IMG/VR virus record: IMGVR_UViG_3300021373_002652
Span: 4,332 to 68,331 of that record
Length of the DNA: 64,000 nucleotides
Direction: 5' to 3' (one strand)
Origin: a virus
Lineage: Duplodnaviria > Caudoviricetes
Shown: piece after piece, positions 47,636 through 57,212 of the stretch
How the letters are laid out: every line of letters starts with the position of its first letter
Numbering within the stretch: the first letter of the stretch is position 1
Notes under the pieces: model-generated
Seen by the model: the letters and a program-made list of their open reading frames with translations, nothing else
Database searches by the model: none
Told to the model about the DNA's origin: nothing
Translations under genes and position numbers: made by a program

Positions 47636-48062
47636 TAATGTTTGGATTTTGTTTTATTGTCTGTTTTGTTATTAAATCTTTTATCTTCGTTGTTGACCAC
47701 CCATGTGAACGAGTTGTATAAATAACTTCTATTGGTAAATCTTTACCTGTAAAATCTTCTCCGATATAATCCTCACCGAGTATTCTAATATCTGGTTTGA
47801 AAAATTCTATGAGCTTTAATAAATCTTCTTCCGTTTGATAAATATAAACCTCATCAATATATTTAATTGACATTAATGTTCTATATCTTTCATACAAAGG
47901 AATTACAGGTTTATATTTTGATTTCCTATGAAGTGAAGGGTCTTTCTGCAGGAACACTATAAATTTATCACAATGTTTCTTTGCTTCTTCAAATGTATAA
48001 ATGTAACCTGGATGTAACAAATCAAAGTTACCTGCAGTAAAACCTAATTTATTCTGTTTCAT
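47616..48062 (-). CDS. Cytidylyltransferase (TagD-like)
   Basis: AGNFDLLHPGY, LQKDPS, ILGEDY, RSHGWSTT. Confidence 0.9.
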   Translation of the reverse strand: MKQNKLGFTAGNFDLLHPGYIYTFEEAKKHCDKFIVFLQKDPSLHRKSKYKPVIPLYERYRTLMSIKYIDEVYIYQTEEDLLKLIEFFKPDIRILGEDYIGEDFTGKDLPIEVIYTTRSHGWSTTKIKDLITKQTIKQNPNINEKTDI

Positions 48063-48636
48063 TTAAAAATTCTAAATAAGCTTCTTCGATATCATATTGT
48101 AATTTAGATGTTTTTTCTCTTAACTCTTCAGTATAGAAATCATCTTCCCATATTTTATCCTCATCGATTTCTTCATCTAAATCTTCTATATCTTCCCAAT
48201 CTTTTGCGTATAAGAAAGCTCCCATCGGGTCATATGATTCATCTTCATAAGTTCCTAATATATAACAATCTTCTTTTATATCAGTAAGAACTTCTGATAA
48301 CTTTTTTAGAAACCCCTGTGGTACAGCCCAAGGTGATGTTATTACAAGGTGAATATATTCTGTATCATCATCATGGTCATATTCCGAATAAATCCATTTA
48401 GAACCTACATTGTTTCCCAACCACTCAAACTCTGGCCAAGTATTTTCAGCCTCTTGGTTTTCTTCTTTACTTAAGTTAATGTCCCAAGTATAATCCTTAC
48501 CATACAATCGATTAATCAATTCAATAGTTCTCGAATTATATTCGCCTTCCTTTGGAGTAAACAATTCTTTTAATTTGTTTGCAACGTTTATATCACCATT
48601 CTTAATGGTAACATAAGTTTCCATTTCATTTGCCAT
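48049..48636 (-). CDS. YubB/DUF1281 ferredoxin-like-domain protein
   Basis: NNVGSKW ... ITSPWAVP motif. Confidence 0.55.
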   Translation of the reverse strand: MANEMETYVTIKNGDINVANKLKELFTPKEGEYNSRTIELINRLYGKDYTWDINLSKEENQEAENTWPEFEWLGNNVGSKWIYSEYDHDDDTEYIHLVITSPWAVPQGFLKKLSEVLTDIKEDCYILGTYEDESYDPMGAFLYAKDWEDIEDLDEEIDEDKIWEDDFYTEELREKTSKLQYDIEEAYLEFLNETE

Positions 48637-48639
48637 ATC

Positions 48640-48837
48640 TTATTCTTCTGTTAGTTCAGGCCAATCACCATCTTCCATTACTTTATCGTTTACTAATTCA
48701 AACTCCACTTCATCCATAACTTCTTGTTGAAGGTCATCATCTTCTGATTTCCAATTTTGAATTTGTTGTTCTGTTAGTTCTTCTGTTTCTTCATAACGAA
48801 CTGTTGTTACAATAACTCTTCTTGTTAACTTTGCCAT
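48640..48837 (-). CDS. Small acidic hypothetical protein
   Basis: 65-aa ORF in operon. Confidence 0.55.
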   Translation of the reverse strand: MAKLTRRVIVTTVRYEETEELTEQQIQNWKSEDDDLQQEVMDEVEFELVNDKVMEDGDWPELTEE

Positions 48838-48840
48838 ATC

Positions 48841-49221
48841 TTACCAATCACCATTATCATGTAGAGATTGGAATCCACCTGTTTTTCTATATTCTTCGTT
48901 TAGGTGTCCAATCTCAACCCAATCGTCTCCGAACTTTTCTCTTGAATCAGAATACACTTTTCTATCGTGGTATCCATCTTCTAATAAAAGATTTTGTAAT
49001 TCTTCTTCGCCGTAAACTTCTTTATTAACTTCAAAGAAATCTTCAGTTCTATCCCAATCGTAAACATTTTCTTCTAAGTACTTCCAAAGTTCTTCTGTTG
49101 TACTTCCCTCATAAGGAGGTTCGCATTTTCTTAGTTTATCAACATGAACCTCAATTGGTTCTTCTGTTGCTTCCCAAATGGTGTATTTCTCACACCTTCT
49201 TACATAAAGTTTTTCACTCAT
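48841..49221 (-). CDS. Acidic hypothetical early protein
   Basis: Directly after an early promoter. Confidence 0.6.
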   Translation of the reverse strand: MSEKLYVRRCEKYTIWEATEEPIEVHVDKLRKCEPPYEGSTTEELWKYLEENVYDWDRTEDFFEVNKEVYGEEELQNLLLEDGYHDRKVYSDSREKFGDDWVEIGHLNEEYRKTGGFQSLHDNGDW

Positions 49222-49249
49222 TGTTTTTAATTTAAATTATTTGTAATTA

Positions 49250-49281
49250 CAAATATACGAAATTATTTTCATATACACAAG
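49250..49281 (-). promoter_or_regulatory. Early/host-sigmaA-type promoter
   Basis: CTTGTGTATATGAAAATAATTTCGTATATTTG. Confidence 0.75.
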
Positions 49282-49286
49282 TCTTT

Positions 49287-49883
49287 TTAATTAAAATTTA
49301 CATTCCAACTTATTGATATTCTTTTTTTATCTGTGGAATTGTATTGTAAACTCCCATGCTTTAACCAAGATGGAAATGATATCATCATCCCTTCTTGTGG
49401 TTCAATATGTATTTGTGGAGCTAATAATTCATTATCCGATTCTGGTAATAGTTTAGCTAAAGTATCAATTGGTGATTCTATTACAAACTCTCCACCTTTG
49501 TTTTCATCTATTGATATATAAAGTACAGCGGAGAATCCATTCGATACATTACCTGCTCCAATATGGTCATGTAACTCTTGAAAAGCACCATCTCCTCCAA
49601 GAGTAATCCAACAATCCTCAATATAAAATGGTTTTGGCTTGAACCCACACTCCACAATATATTCTGATGTGTGTTTTATAATTGTATCTTTTAGGTAATC
49701 AGGAAAGAATTCTTTTCCTTCTTCACAAAAAATATTTGTTCTTGTATTACACTTCCATTGATTTGTTTTAAATAAATCATCATTATCTTTAATGTATTTA
49801 GTAATATCTTTTTGAAGAGTTTTTAATACCTCCTCATCTATACTTGTATAATATACAGGTGTTGGAAATAAATTATTTATCAT
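49287..49883 (-). CDS. 2OG-Fe(II) oxygenase (TIGR02466-like)
   Basis: LFPTPVY, HDH, SAVLYI, FPSWLKH, RISISWN. Confidence 0.88.
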   Translation of the reverse strand: MINNLFPTPVYYTSIDEEVLKTLQKDITKYIKDNDDLFKTNQWKCNTRTNIFCEEGKEFFPDYLKDTIIKHTSEYIVECGFKPKPFYIEDCWITLGGDGAFQELHDHIGAGNVSNGFSAVLYISIDENKGGEFVIESPIDTLAKLLPESDNELLAPQIHIEPQEGMMISFPSWLKHGSLQYNSTDKKRISISWNVNFN

Positions 49884-50377
49884 AATAAGTTTTCTTTTGA
49901 TTTAAAGAAGATAACTAAAACCTTTCGTATTCCTCTTGTTATTTTAGTAACTTCGTGTCTGTGTTTGTGTCCATCTAACATCACATACTCACCTAAGTTA
50001 GATAACCCAATATCATTATCTTCTATTAAAAATTTACCTCCATCAAAATCATCAGTTAATAATATAATGGTAACACTTCTTAAGAAATCTTTATGTTTTG
50101 CTGAAAAATCTCCAACTCTATATTCCATTGTATATAAAGATTCAACTATGTTGTTTTTGGAAAACTTGTTGGATAACCAATTATTAAGTATTTCGTTTTT
50201 TGTATTATATACTTCGAAAAGAGTTGGGTTTAAACCACTTCCATTATTTAAAATATATGGATGAGTTTCTGTCCATTCTTCTTGTGCTTCTTCAGGTGTA
50301 AGAATTTTAGTTTGATTCAGTTGTTCTAATAAAAAACTTAATTCTTCGTTTGATAATATATCTTTAGTGTAGTTCAT
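49880..50377 (-). CDS. 2OG-Fe(II) oxygenase (prolyl-hydroxylase-like)
   Basis: YRVGDFSAKHKD, DDFDGGKF, HEVTKITRGIRKVLV. Confidence 0.85.
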   Translation of the reverse strand: MNYTKDILSNEELSFLLEQLNQTKILTPEEAQEEWTETHPYILNNGSGLNPTLFEVYNTKNEILNNWLSNKFSKNNIVESLYTMEYRVGDFSAKHKDFLRSVTIILLTDDFDGGKFLIEDNDIGLSNLGEYVMLDGHKHRHEVTKITRGIRKVLVIFFKSKENLL

Positions 50378-50380
50378 GTA

Positions 50381-50599
50381 TTAATTTGAAACTATTATTT
50401 CACCAGTATTCCAACTTGGGATATAGTATTTGAATCCATATTCATCTAACATCTCAGTAACTCTCTTTGTCATCTCAGAAGAATTACCAACTATAATTCT
50501 ACATTGAAACATCGGATTTTGTGATTGTATTAAAACAAAATCTTCAGCAGCAAATTGTGCTTCATCATGAGTAAATCCATGTAAATCTAATTCGTTCAT
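50381..50599 (-). CDS. Stand-alone Smr-domain-like protein
   Basis: ELDLHG, IIVG, NTG. Confidence 0.75.
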   Translation of the reverse strand: MNELDLHGFTHDEAQFAAEDFVLIQSQNPMFQCRIIVGNSSEMTKRVTEMLDEYGFKYYIPSWNTGEIIVSN

Positions 50600-51432
50600 A
50601 TAAGTAAACTTTTAGTTATTGTTTTGTTTTTTATTTTTTTAATCAAGTATCTAAAAAAATGATGAGAAAGTACATCATGTCCTCGTTCACCTAAATGTGT
50701 ATTTGAGTTAACTTCTTGACCAGTATCATGTGCCATTGAAAACATAGAACCATCTATATAATTTATTGCTGAGTAAAACAATGGTGTTTCGAGTTCATTA
50801 AAATATTCTTCTTTAGGAGTAATACCTTGTTCTCCTCTATATTTGTTTATCACATCACCAAGAATATATTCATTACCTTGTAATACTTCTGGTTCATATG
50901 TAAGATGGATAAGATTATCTATACTCCAAAAGAATACATCAATTCCTTTATAATCACAAATTGTTTTAATAGCGGTTTCGTATGTATGAACTTCATATGG
51001 AGATTTAATAGATGTTCTACTTTTTAATATATCACTCATTGTTGAGGATGAAATATCATTGGTATGTTTTGTGTAATCAAATAATTCTGATATAGAATGA
51101 ATTTCGGTATCTGTATAAAGATTAAATCTAAAGTTATCAGACCAATTGATTATTATACTATCACCCTTACTTATAGAATCGATATTTGTAATTACAGAAT
51201 TGAATGTATCTAAATTGGTATTACCTTTTTTAGCATAAAGTTTAAAACTACACTTTAACTTACCACATAGTTTTTCAATCCATACACTATTATTCAATGG
51301 TGTGTATGTTTTCTCATCACGATTCAATCTCAATATGTTAGTATCTAACCATTGTTTATATTTTGAAAAAACAGCAGAATCACAATACTTCCAACCCAAT
51401 GTATGTTCATCACCAAAAGCGTGTATTACCAT
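50596..51432 (-). CDS. Divergent SGNH-like protein
   Basis: AFGDEHTLG (Ser replaced by Glu), INWS..R, HLGERGH. Confidence 0.55.
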   Translation of the reverse strand: MVIHAFGDEHTLGWKYCDSAVFSKYKQWLDTNILRLNRDEKTYTPLNNSVWIEKLCGKLKCSFKLYAKKGNTNLDTFNSVITNIDSISKGDSIIINWSDNFRFNLYTDTEIHSISELFDYTKHTNDISSSTMSDILKSRTSIKSPYEVHTYETAIKTICDYKGIDVFFWSIDNLIHLTYEPEVLQGNEYILGDVINKYRGEQGITPKEEYFNELETPLFYSAINYIDGSMFSMAHDTGQEVNSNTHLGERGHDVLSHHFFRYLIKKIKNKTITKSLLI

Positions 51433-51445
51433 ATTTGTTTATTTA

Positions 51446-51823
51446 TTAAGATACTTGTTCTTTCCAAAATACTTGAATACACATAATAAGAATACACAAT
51501 CCAACTTGTACCCAAACCTTTGAAGTCATCGGTTGATTAAAGAAGTGTTGTGTTAGAATCGCATATACGATTATACCAACGGAGAATCCTAAGAATCGAT
51601 TCGCCCATAATGAGTTACCGAACCCCTCAACACCGAGTTGAGTTGATTTAAGAAACAACCAAGTGATTGGTAGAGCGGCTACATACCATCCCCACCACTC
51701 AGGTCCGAACTTTGGATATTTGAATTGTAAATTGTGTTGTAACCACGCTCCACCTTGTGCGAGGATAAACAAAAAGGATGCCATAAAAACGTACATCCAT
51801 TTAATTGTATTTGTTACTTCCAT
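51446..51823 (-). CDS. Four-TM membrane protein
   Basis: Hydrophobic helices; LW.NR..GF motif. Confidence 0.65.
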   Translation of the reverse strand: MEVTNTIKWMYVFMASFLFILAQGGAWLQHNLQFKYPKFGPEWWGWYVAALPITWLFLKSTQLGVEGFGNSLWANRFLGFSVGIIVYAILTQHFFNQPMTSKVWVQVGLCILIMCIQVFWKEQVS

Positions 51824-51827
51824 TTTA

Positions 51828-52142
51828 TTATTTTAAATATGTTGGCCCATAATAATCCCAAGAAGCCGAACCATCGAAGATATTACCTCGTGAATGTTTA
51901 GCCGGTTGACTCCAAGTAGCGGGTTTTAATAAATCCCCCACACAAACGAGAGAACCTTTCATTACACCTTCCCACATAGAAACGAATCCCCATACAGAAC
52001 CTTCATCGATAATCTTCATATATTTTTGTCCCTTCTTAATAGTTAGAGGTGTGTACTCTTTATAAGAAAAGTTTTTATCCCAATGCTCTTTTCGTTTTTC
52101 GTTAACCTCATCTAACCACATATTAAATTTTGTAATACTCAT
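51828..52142 (-). CDS. Conserved phage hypothetical early protein
   Basis: GQKYMKI..SVWGFV..GDLLKPATWSQPAKHSRGNI. Confidence 0.7.
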   Translation of the reverse strand: MSITKFNMWLDEVNEKRKEHWDKNFSYKEYTPLTIKKGQKYMKIIDEGSVWGFVSMWEGVMKGSLVCVGDLLKPATWSQPAKHSRGNIFDGSASWDYYGPTYLK

Positions 52143-52178
52143 ACTTTTATCTTTTAGTGTTATTAATTATTTACATAG

Positions 52179-52210
52179 TAAATATACGAAAAATATTTGA
52201 TATATCCAAG
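52179..52210 (-). promoter_or_regulatory. Early/host-sigmaA-type promoter
   Basis: CTTGGATATATCAAATATTTTTCGTATATTTA. Confidence 0.78.
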
Positions 52211-52418
52211 CCTTTTGTTAAAAACTTTTTTGTTTATTTTTTTAAAAACGCTATAGTTATAAGCACTCCAGACAACTTAAAAATAGAAAAACTTAAATAA
52301 AGATTAATAACCTATAACTAAGACACTAAGGACGTGTCGGTTTTTTAAAATTTTTTTCGTGTCGTTCAAAAAGGTTTTTTTGTCGTTTAAATTTTCCCCT
52401 TCTTTTCTTTTGATAGTA

Positions 52419-52574
52419 TTACCAATTCCTCAGTATATTCCATACAATGAAGGCATTTGTTATCACAGCTTGTAATACAATAAACGTCCTCCACAACGCT
52501 ACCTTATCCGCTTCTCTATCCGTTCCTTCCTTACTACCGAGTGCTCGAGCCCACGATTTCCATATTCGTTTCAT
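52419..52574 (-). CDS. Small membrane protein (51 aa, not in track)
   Basis: MKRIWKSWARALGSKEGTDREADKVALWRTFIVLQAVITNAFIVWNILRNW; pattern resembles small hypotheticals of aquatic T4-like phages. Confidence 0.65.
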   Translation of the reverse strand: MKRIWKSWARALGSKEGTDREADKVALWRTFIVLQAVITNAFIVWNILRNW

Positions 52575-52841
52575 TATCTGTGATATTTAGAGTTCCCCTT
52601 AGTAGAGTAAGTAGGTTTAAGTTTTAACCATATCCTTCTGAGTGTCTGAGTAACCCTACTCTCTATATGGGTGTGTGTTCTATCTCTATCTGAATTGGAA
52701 GTTAAGTACCAATCGATTAATCCTTCTTCTTTACTTCTATCTTCGTTATTATAGTTGTACATAGTATTATAGTTTATATCTGTATTAATATTATATTGTA
52801 TCCGTTCTTAATTATTATACTTACCGAAATTTTGTTGGGTG

Positions 52842-53075
52842 TCAATTTTTCGAGGATTTTTTTGATAGTATGTATAAATCTCTTTCGTTGTTCAATTGTT
52901 GTTTTTGATACTCATGATAAAATTGTTCTCTTCCCATATCGGCAAGGAATTTGATTCTTTCCCTTATCCCTTTCATTTCTTCGATAGTGTTGTTATCATC
53001 CTTATATTGGGATACGAGGTTTTTAATCATTTTTTTAATTCCTTTATAATGATGTGGCTTTAATTCGTATTTCAT
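52842..53075 (-). CDS. Small protein, Y..LN family
   Basis: REQFYHEYQKQQLNNERDLY. Confidence 0.6.
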   Translation of the reverse strand: MKYELKPHHYKGIKKMIKNLVSQYKDDNNTIEEMKGIRERIKFLADMGREQFYHEYQKQQLNNERDLYILSKKSSKN

Positions 53076-53436
53076 AGTCTAACGCTTTTTTTAATTCATC
53101 GTGTTCTTCTCTTAATACACATTGTAAATGGTCTGTTCCACTTAAGTAATCTATATCAACATCTTTTGTACTTTTTAAACAATAAGAACAAACCCATTGA
53201 CCTCCATACTTACTTCTAAACCAATGCTCTCTTACCCCATTAAGTATATCTCTTTCATCTTCGGTATAATAACCTTTATCCTCTATACGGGTAATTAACT
53301 CTCTTACCATGTGTGCTGTTTTTAAATCAACCTCACCCATGTTCTTTTGATTCCATGGAGATTGAGATAACCACTTATCCATATCTAACAATCCTTTTAA
53401 AGTTTTCTTATCAAAGAAGTATTTCTTTTCTATCAT
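53044..53436 (-). CDS. Small protein, Y..LN family, with C-terminal Cys/His Zn-ribbon-like motif
   Basis: KGYYTEDERDILNGVREHW; CSYC...HLQC. Confidence 0.6.
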   Translation of the reverse strand: MIEKKYFFDKKTLKGLLDMDKWLSQSPWNQKNMGEVDLKTAHMVRELITRIEDKGYYTEDERDILNGVREHWFRSKYGGQWVCSYCLKSTKDVDIDYLSGTDHLQCVLREEHDELKKALDYEIRIKATSL

Positions 53437-54361
53437 CTATAAATTTTATAATTGAATCACTAATGGCCTCATGACCTATTTTAGATGGATGTGTATCTTC
53501 ATCATTGGGATATGTATTACATTCTTTATCACCCTCGATAGTAAGTTCTGAATACTTCGTATATGCCTCTTCAATACAACCGAAGGTTTCTCCCTTGTAT
53601 AATATAGGAAGAGTTCTTTCTTTTAACCAATCCCACGCATATAGAAACTCTAAGTATTCTGTTTCCCAATGTAAGAATACACATGGTATTCCCATATCTT
53701 CTATTTTCTTACATACCGAAGTTACTTTACCCAACCACTTCATTATATGTTGTTTAAAGAAATCTTGAATATCCCACTTGTTTGACATGAGATAATCATA
53801 GAATATATTTATATCTGCTGATTCATCTTTCTCACTATCCCAATCTTCTCCATCTAACCACAAATCATAATTCATAGTTACAAAATCCTCCTTATCAGGT
53901 AACCAATGTCCATTTAATCTTATTCGATATACATTTCCTTTATGTTCAAACTGACTATAATTTCTAACAACCGATGAAAATTGAAATACTAAAAGTTTAC
54001 ACTTATCGACAGGCCATGGATAATGGAAATTATCATTATGCCATTTCCCATCATTTAAAAAACATTCTAAACAACGAAGGGATTCTTCTTCACTTCCACC
54101 ATTATTACTTTTAGCTATATGTTCTAATCCATAGTGTGTTGATACAAGATTAGGGAATCTAAGTTTTATTCTTTCCTTATCCGATTCTAAGGTTGGATAT
54201 TTTTCTTCAAATATGTATTCCTTATATGTTGGTGTTGATGGATTGGATTTATCATAATTCCACAATCCCTGTCCCCATGTAAAGGAACATCCCATGAATA
54301 ATATATAATCACCCTTTGGTTCAGGTTGAACAATATGGTTTCCGCCTTGTGTTAGTATCAT
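53411..54361 (-). CDS. SGNH-hydrolase-like protein
   Basis: MGCSFTWGQG, NGGS, FQFSSVVR, DTHPSKIGH. Confidence 0.75.
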   Translation of the reverse strand: MILTQGGNHIVQPEPKGDYILFMGCSFTWGQGLWNYDKSNPSTPTYKEYIFEEKYPTLESDKERIKLRFPNLVSTHYGLEHIAKSNNGGSEEESLRCLECFLNDGKWHNDNFHYPWPVDKCKLLVFQFSSVVRNYSQFEHKGNVYRIRLNGHWLPDKEDFVTMNYDLWLDGEDWDSEKDESADINIFYDYLMSNKWDIQDFFKQHIMKWLGKVTSVCKKIEDMGIPCVFLHWETEYLEFLYAWDWLKERTLPILYKGETFGCIEEAYTKYSELTIEGDKECNTYPNDEDTHPSKIGHEAISDSIIKFIDDRKEILL

Positions 54362-55020
54362 TCGTGTATAAATCTAATATCCTTTTTACCGATATATTTA
54401 TTTAACTTTTCTGCAGTATTTACTTTCTTACCATTTACCCAAAAGTATTGAGATGATTCTCTCCCATACAAATATGGTGAATCGTAGTTATCAATGTATT
54501 CATCTAAAGTAGCGTGAGTAAATACTTTAAATGCAAATTCCTCAACAAGAGTTTCAAATTTATACTTTTTATGAATCTTTAATAATTCCTCACCAAGATT
54601 AAATCCATTTATTGTTATACAACATGCATTTGGAAGTACATAGTAATCATCTTGTTCCCAACTAAATTGTTTTAATTGTTCTGTTACCTTTGGATTGGTA
54701 AATGTGTAGTTCTTTGGATATGAGTACAAAGGCATAGATGGTGATATTAGTTCATCTTCATCTACTGGTTTAATTTGTTTACAATCCCAATCTAAGAACA
54801 TACAATAATAAAACTCTTTAAACGCTAAATCAAGAGCAATCAACTTAAACATATAATCTGATTCAATAGTATCTTCTACAAATCGAGTTTCATATCCAAG
54901 TGATTTAAGATAGTAGAGATTATCCTTACCCCAAACATATACAACAGAATCATCAGCTGTAGTTGGAACTTCTTCTCTTATATCTTTTCTATTTCCCCAA
55001 AGTGCCCTTATTAATTTCAT
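54358..55020 (-). CDS. GT-A-like protein
   Basis: FLDWD (DxD), PNACCI, EEFA. Confidence 0.5.
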   Translation of the reverse strand: MKLIRALWGNRKDIREEVPTTADDSVVYVWGKDNLYYLKSLGYETRFVEDTIESDYMFKLIALDLAFKEFYYCMFLDWDCKQIKPVDEDELISPSMPLYSYPKNYTFTNPKVTEQLKQFSWEQDDYYVLPNACCITINGFNLGEELLKIHKKYKFETLVEEFAFKVFTHATLDEYIDNYDSPYLYGRESSQYFWVNGKKVNTAEKLNKYIGKKDIRFIHE

Positions 55021-55450
55021 CTTTTACTTGTTGTAATAACGATTCTGCTTTCCACATATCAATTTGTTTTTTACCAACATCTATTACATCTTTTAATATA
55101 GAACATAATTCGTACTCTTCTTTCTTTATGTTATGCTGTGTAAAACAGTCTAACCAATCCAATCCCCATTTATCCACAAGTAGAGCCATAGAACTATCGT
55201 CATCTATATCTGAGTTCATATATGATTTCATAAAACATTGTGTAAGTATATCTAAATCTTCACCTGTTGGAGGATTGAAAAGCTCTATGAACTCAGCAAC
55301 TCCTAAAGGCATAGGTTGTGTTGGATACTTTTCTACATCATTGATAAACATCAATCGTTGTGCTTTCTTATACACATCTAATTTCTCATCTTCAGGTTCA
55401 TCTTCGTTATCGAATCTACCAAGGTTAAATAAATCATCAAAATCGTCCAT
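54989..55450 (-). CDS. Hypothetical protein with UVR-like helix
   Basis: EEYELCSILKD. Confidence 0.55.
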   Translation of the reverse strand: MDDFDDLFNLGRFDNEDEPEDEKLDVYKKAQRLMFINDVEKYPTQPMPLGVAEFIELFNPPTGEDLDILTQCFMKSYMNSDIDDDSSMALLVDKWGLDWLDCFTQHNIKKEEYELCSILKDVIDVGKKQIDMWKAESLLQQVKDEINKGTLGK

Positions 55451-55461
55451 AATTTTTTATT

Positions 55462-56418
55462 TTATTGCCATGGGAGTTTACCATGTTTTTCAAAATATTC
55501 ATATTCGGATTCTTTCAATCCTTCGTGGTCAAACTCTATTCTATTATCTATGAGTTCTTCTCTGTTTTCTGGTACATTGGGAAATCCCTCATGATTACTA
55601 CCATCCCATATAATTTCAGGATTTGAATTAAAATCTTTTTCGTTTCTAATAAGATGAGGATGTAACTCTTTTATTTTATTAAATACATTTTCAGTCATCA
55701 ATCGATAACCTTCTCTATTTGGATGAAAACAAATTGGTGAGTGATAACGAGTATCCCACTTAGTGTGTTCACCATTAGCATGGTCAAACGGAAGTGCATC
55801 AAAAGGATTCGGGTCCATATAAACATCTGTTTTGTATATCTCTTTCATCTGTTTATCTTCTCTTAACCAATAACTCATAACCTTAAGTTCAATACCTCTT
55901 TGTTTACAGAATCCTTCTAAACATTTAACATGATGTATTTGTTCGAACAATGGGTCTAAATCTTGGTCTTGTATAATTCTACCATACGCTCCACTTAGTG
56001 TACACATTCTTTCCGGGTCTCCACACATAAATGTTTGTGGTGCACCTCCACTATAAAAAGAATATCTGATTGAATCTGTTAAATATATAACCATCAGAGT
56101 TTCATAATCATCCCAAGGAAAATCCCAATACTTATCAGTTAAAAGTTTTAGTTGATATGAAGTCGAACTTGCACACTTACCTAAGTTTATTAATTTATCA
56201 TATCCCAATTTTCTAACTAATTGTGCTGGCCAACCATTGTAATGAAAGGAACTTGTGTAAGTGTTTCTATACCAATTCTGTAAATCACTACCATGTATTT
56301 CCATTCTTCTACTTCCATCTATTGGAATACCTTCTGGTTCAAAGAATGGTTCGTTGGGGTACGCTCCATCTCCCTCTGTAAAAGAACATCCTAATGTGAA
56401 TAATAGTTTCTTTTTCAT
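55462..56418 (-). CDS. SGNH-hydrolase-like protein
   Basis: LGCSFTEG, INLGKCASST, SPICFHPNREGY. Confidence 0.75.
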   Translation of the reverse strand: MKKKLLFTLGCSFTEGDGAYPNEPFFEPEGIPIDGSRRMEIHGSDLQNWYRNTYTSSFHYNGWPAQLVRKLGYDKLINLGKCASSTSYQLKLLTDKYWDFPWDDYETLMVIYLTDSIRYSFYSGGAPQTFMCGDPERMCTLSGAYGRIIQDQDLDPLFEQIHHVKCLEGFCKQRGIELKVMSYWLREDKQMKEIYKTDVYMDPNPFDALPFDHANGEHTKWDTRYHSPICFHPNREGYRLMTENVFNKIKELHPHLIRNEKDFNSNPEIIWDGSNHEGFPNVPENREELIDNRIEFDHEGLKESEYEYFEKHGKLPWQ

Positions 56419-57212
56419 AATATATTCTTTTTGTGCTTTATAGGGTTACCATTATACTCTATTTCCACATTTGGATTTTCAGGTCCAAATTTATTATTTG
56501 TATGTTCTTGTATGCAATCAAATATTTCTTGAGATGCCAACTCATAACCAAATTCATTTGGATGGTCACATATTTTAGAAAACTGTTCACGAGTAAAATT
56601 TTTTCTATCAAAAAATAATGAACCTTTCATATCTAATATGTTTTTAGAATCGTTGGTTTCCCTTAATGGTTTTAATATATCTGGATTACTATGACCTATA
56701 TATAGTTCGAAATTATTTAATTCACAATAGTGTTCAAGAGATTTGATATAAAAGGATTGTTCTAAAACACAATCAGATACACCATTAGATACTTCTTGAA
56801 TATATGCTCGATATAATTTATCACCCCAACTACCACCATTAAAGTTTAGAACATAACCATCGTGATAAAAAGATATCCTACATGGTTCTGTTAATAGCCA
56901 AAATATAGTTACATCGTAATCTTTAAAGTTTGGTTTATTATATTTTTCAAATAATACTTTGAGTTGGCCTGAGGTTGAAGAACCTCTATATCCCATGTTT
57001 AGAACTTTATCGAATCCCATCATCTTTCCTAATTTGGCAGGAATACCTTTTGTATGAAAGTTATGTAAATTCTTTTCAACAAACCTATCATACCTATCAC
57101 CTCCTGGCCTGTAATCTGAGATTATGGTATTTGGTTCAATTAATGAATAATCATATATACCTTCACCTTCTATATAAGAACAACCTAATGTAATTAGTAG
57201 TTTCTTTTTCAT
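56415..57212 (-). CDS. SGNH-hydrolase-like protein (tandem paralog)
   Basis: LGCSYIEG, LNMGYRGSSTSGQ, SKICDHPNEFGY. Confidence 0.75.
   Translation of the reverse strand: MKKKLLITLGCSYIEGEGIYDYSLIEPNTIISDYRPGGDRYDRFVEKNLHNFHTKGIPAKLGKMMGFDKVLNMGYRGSSTSGQLKVLFEKYNKPNFKDYDVTIFWLLTEPCRISFYHDGYVLNFNGGSWGDKLYRAYIQEVSNGVSDCVLEQSFYIKSLEHYCELNNFELYIGHSNPDILKPLRETNDSKNILDMKGSLFFDRKNFTREQFSKICDHPNEFGYELASQEIFDCIQEHTNNKFGPENPNVEIEYNGNPIKHKKNIL

Noticed and set aside
52574-52762. 62-aa minus-strand ORF as a real gene
   Set aside because: Low-complexity sequence (DRDRTHTH) and no motif; left uncalled
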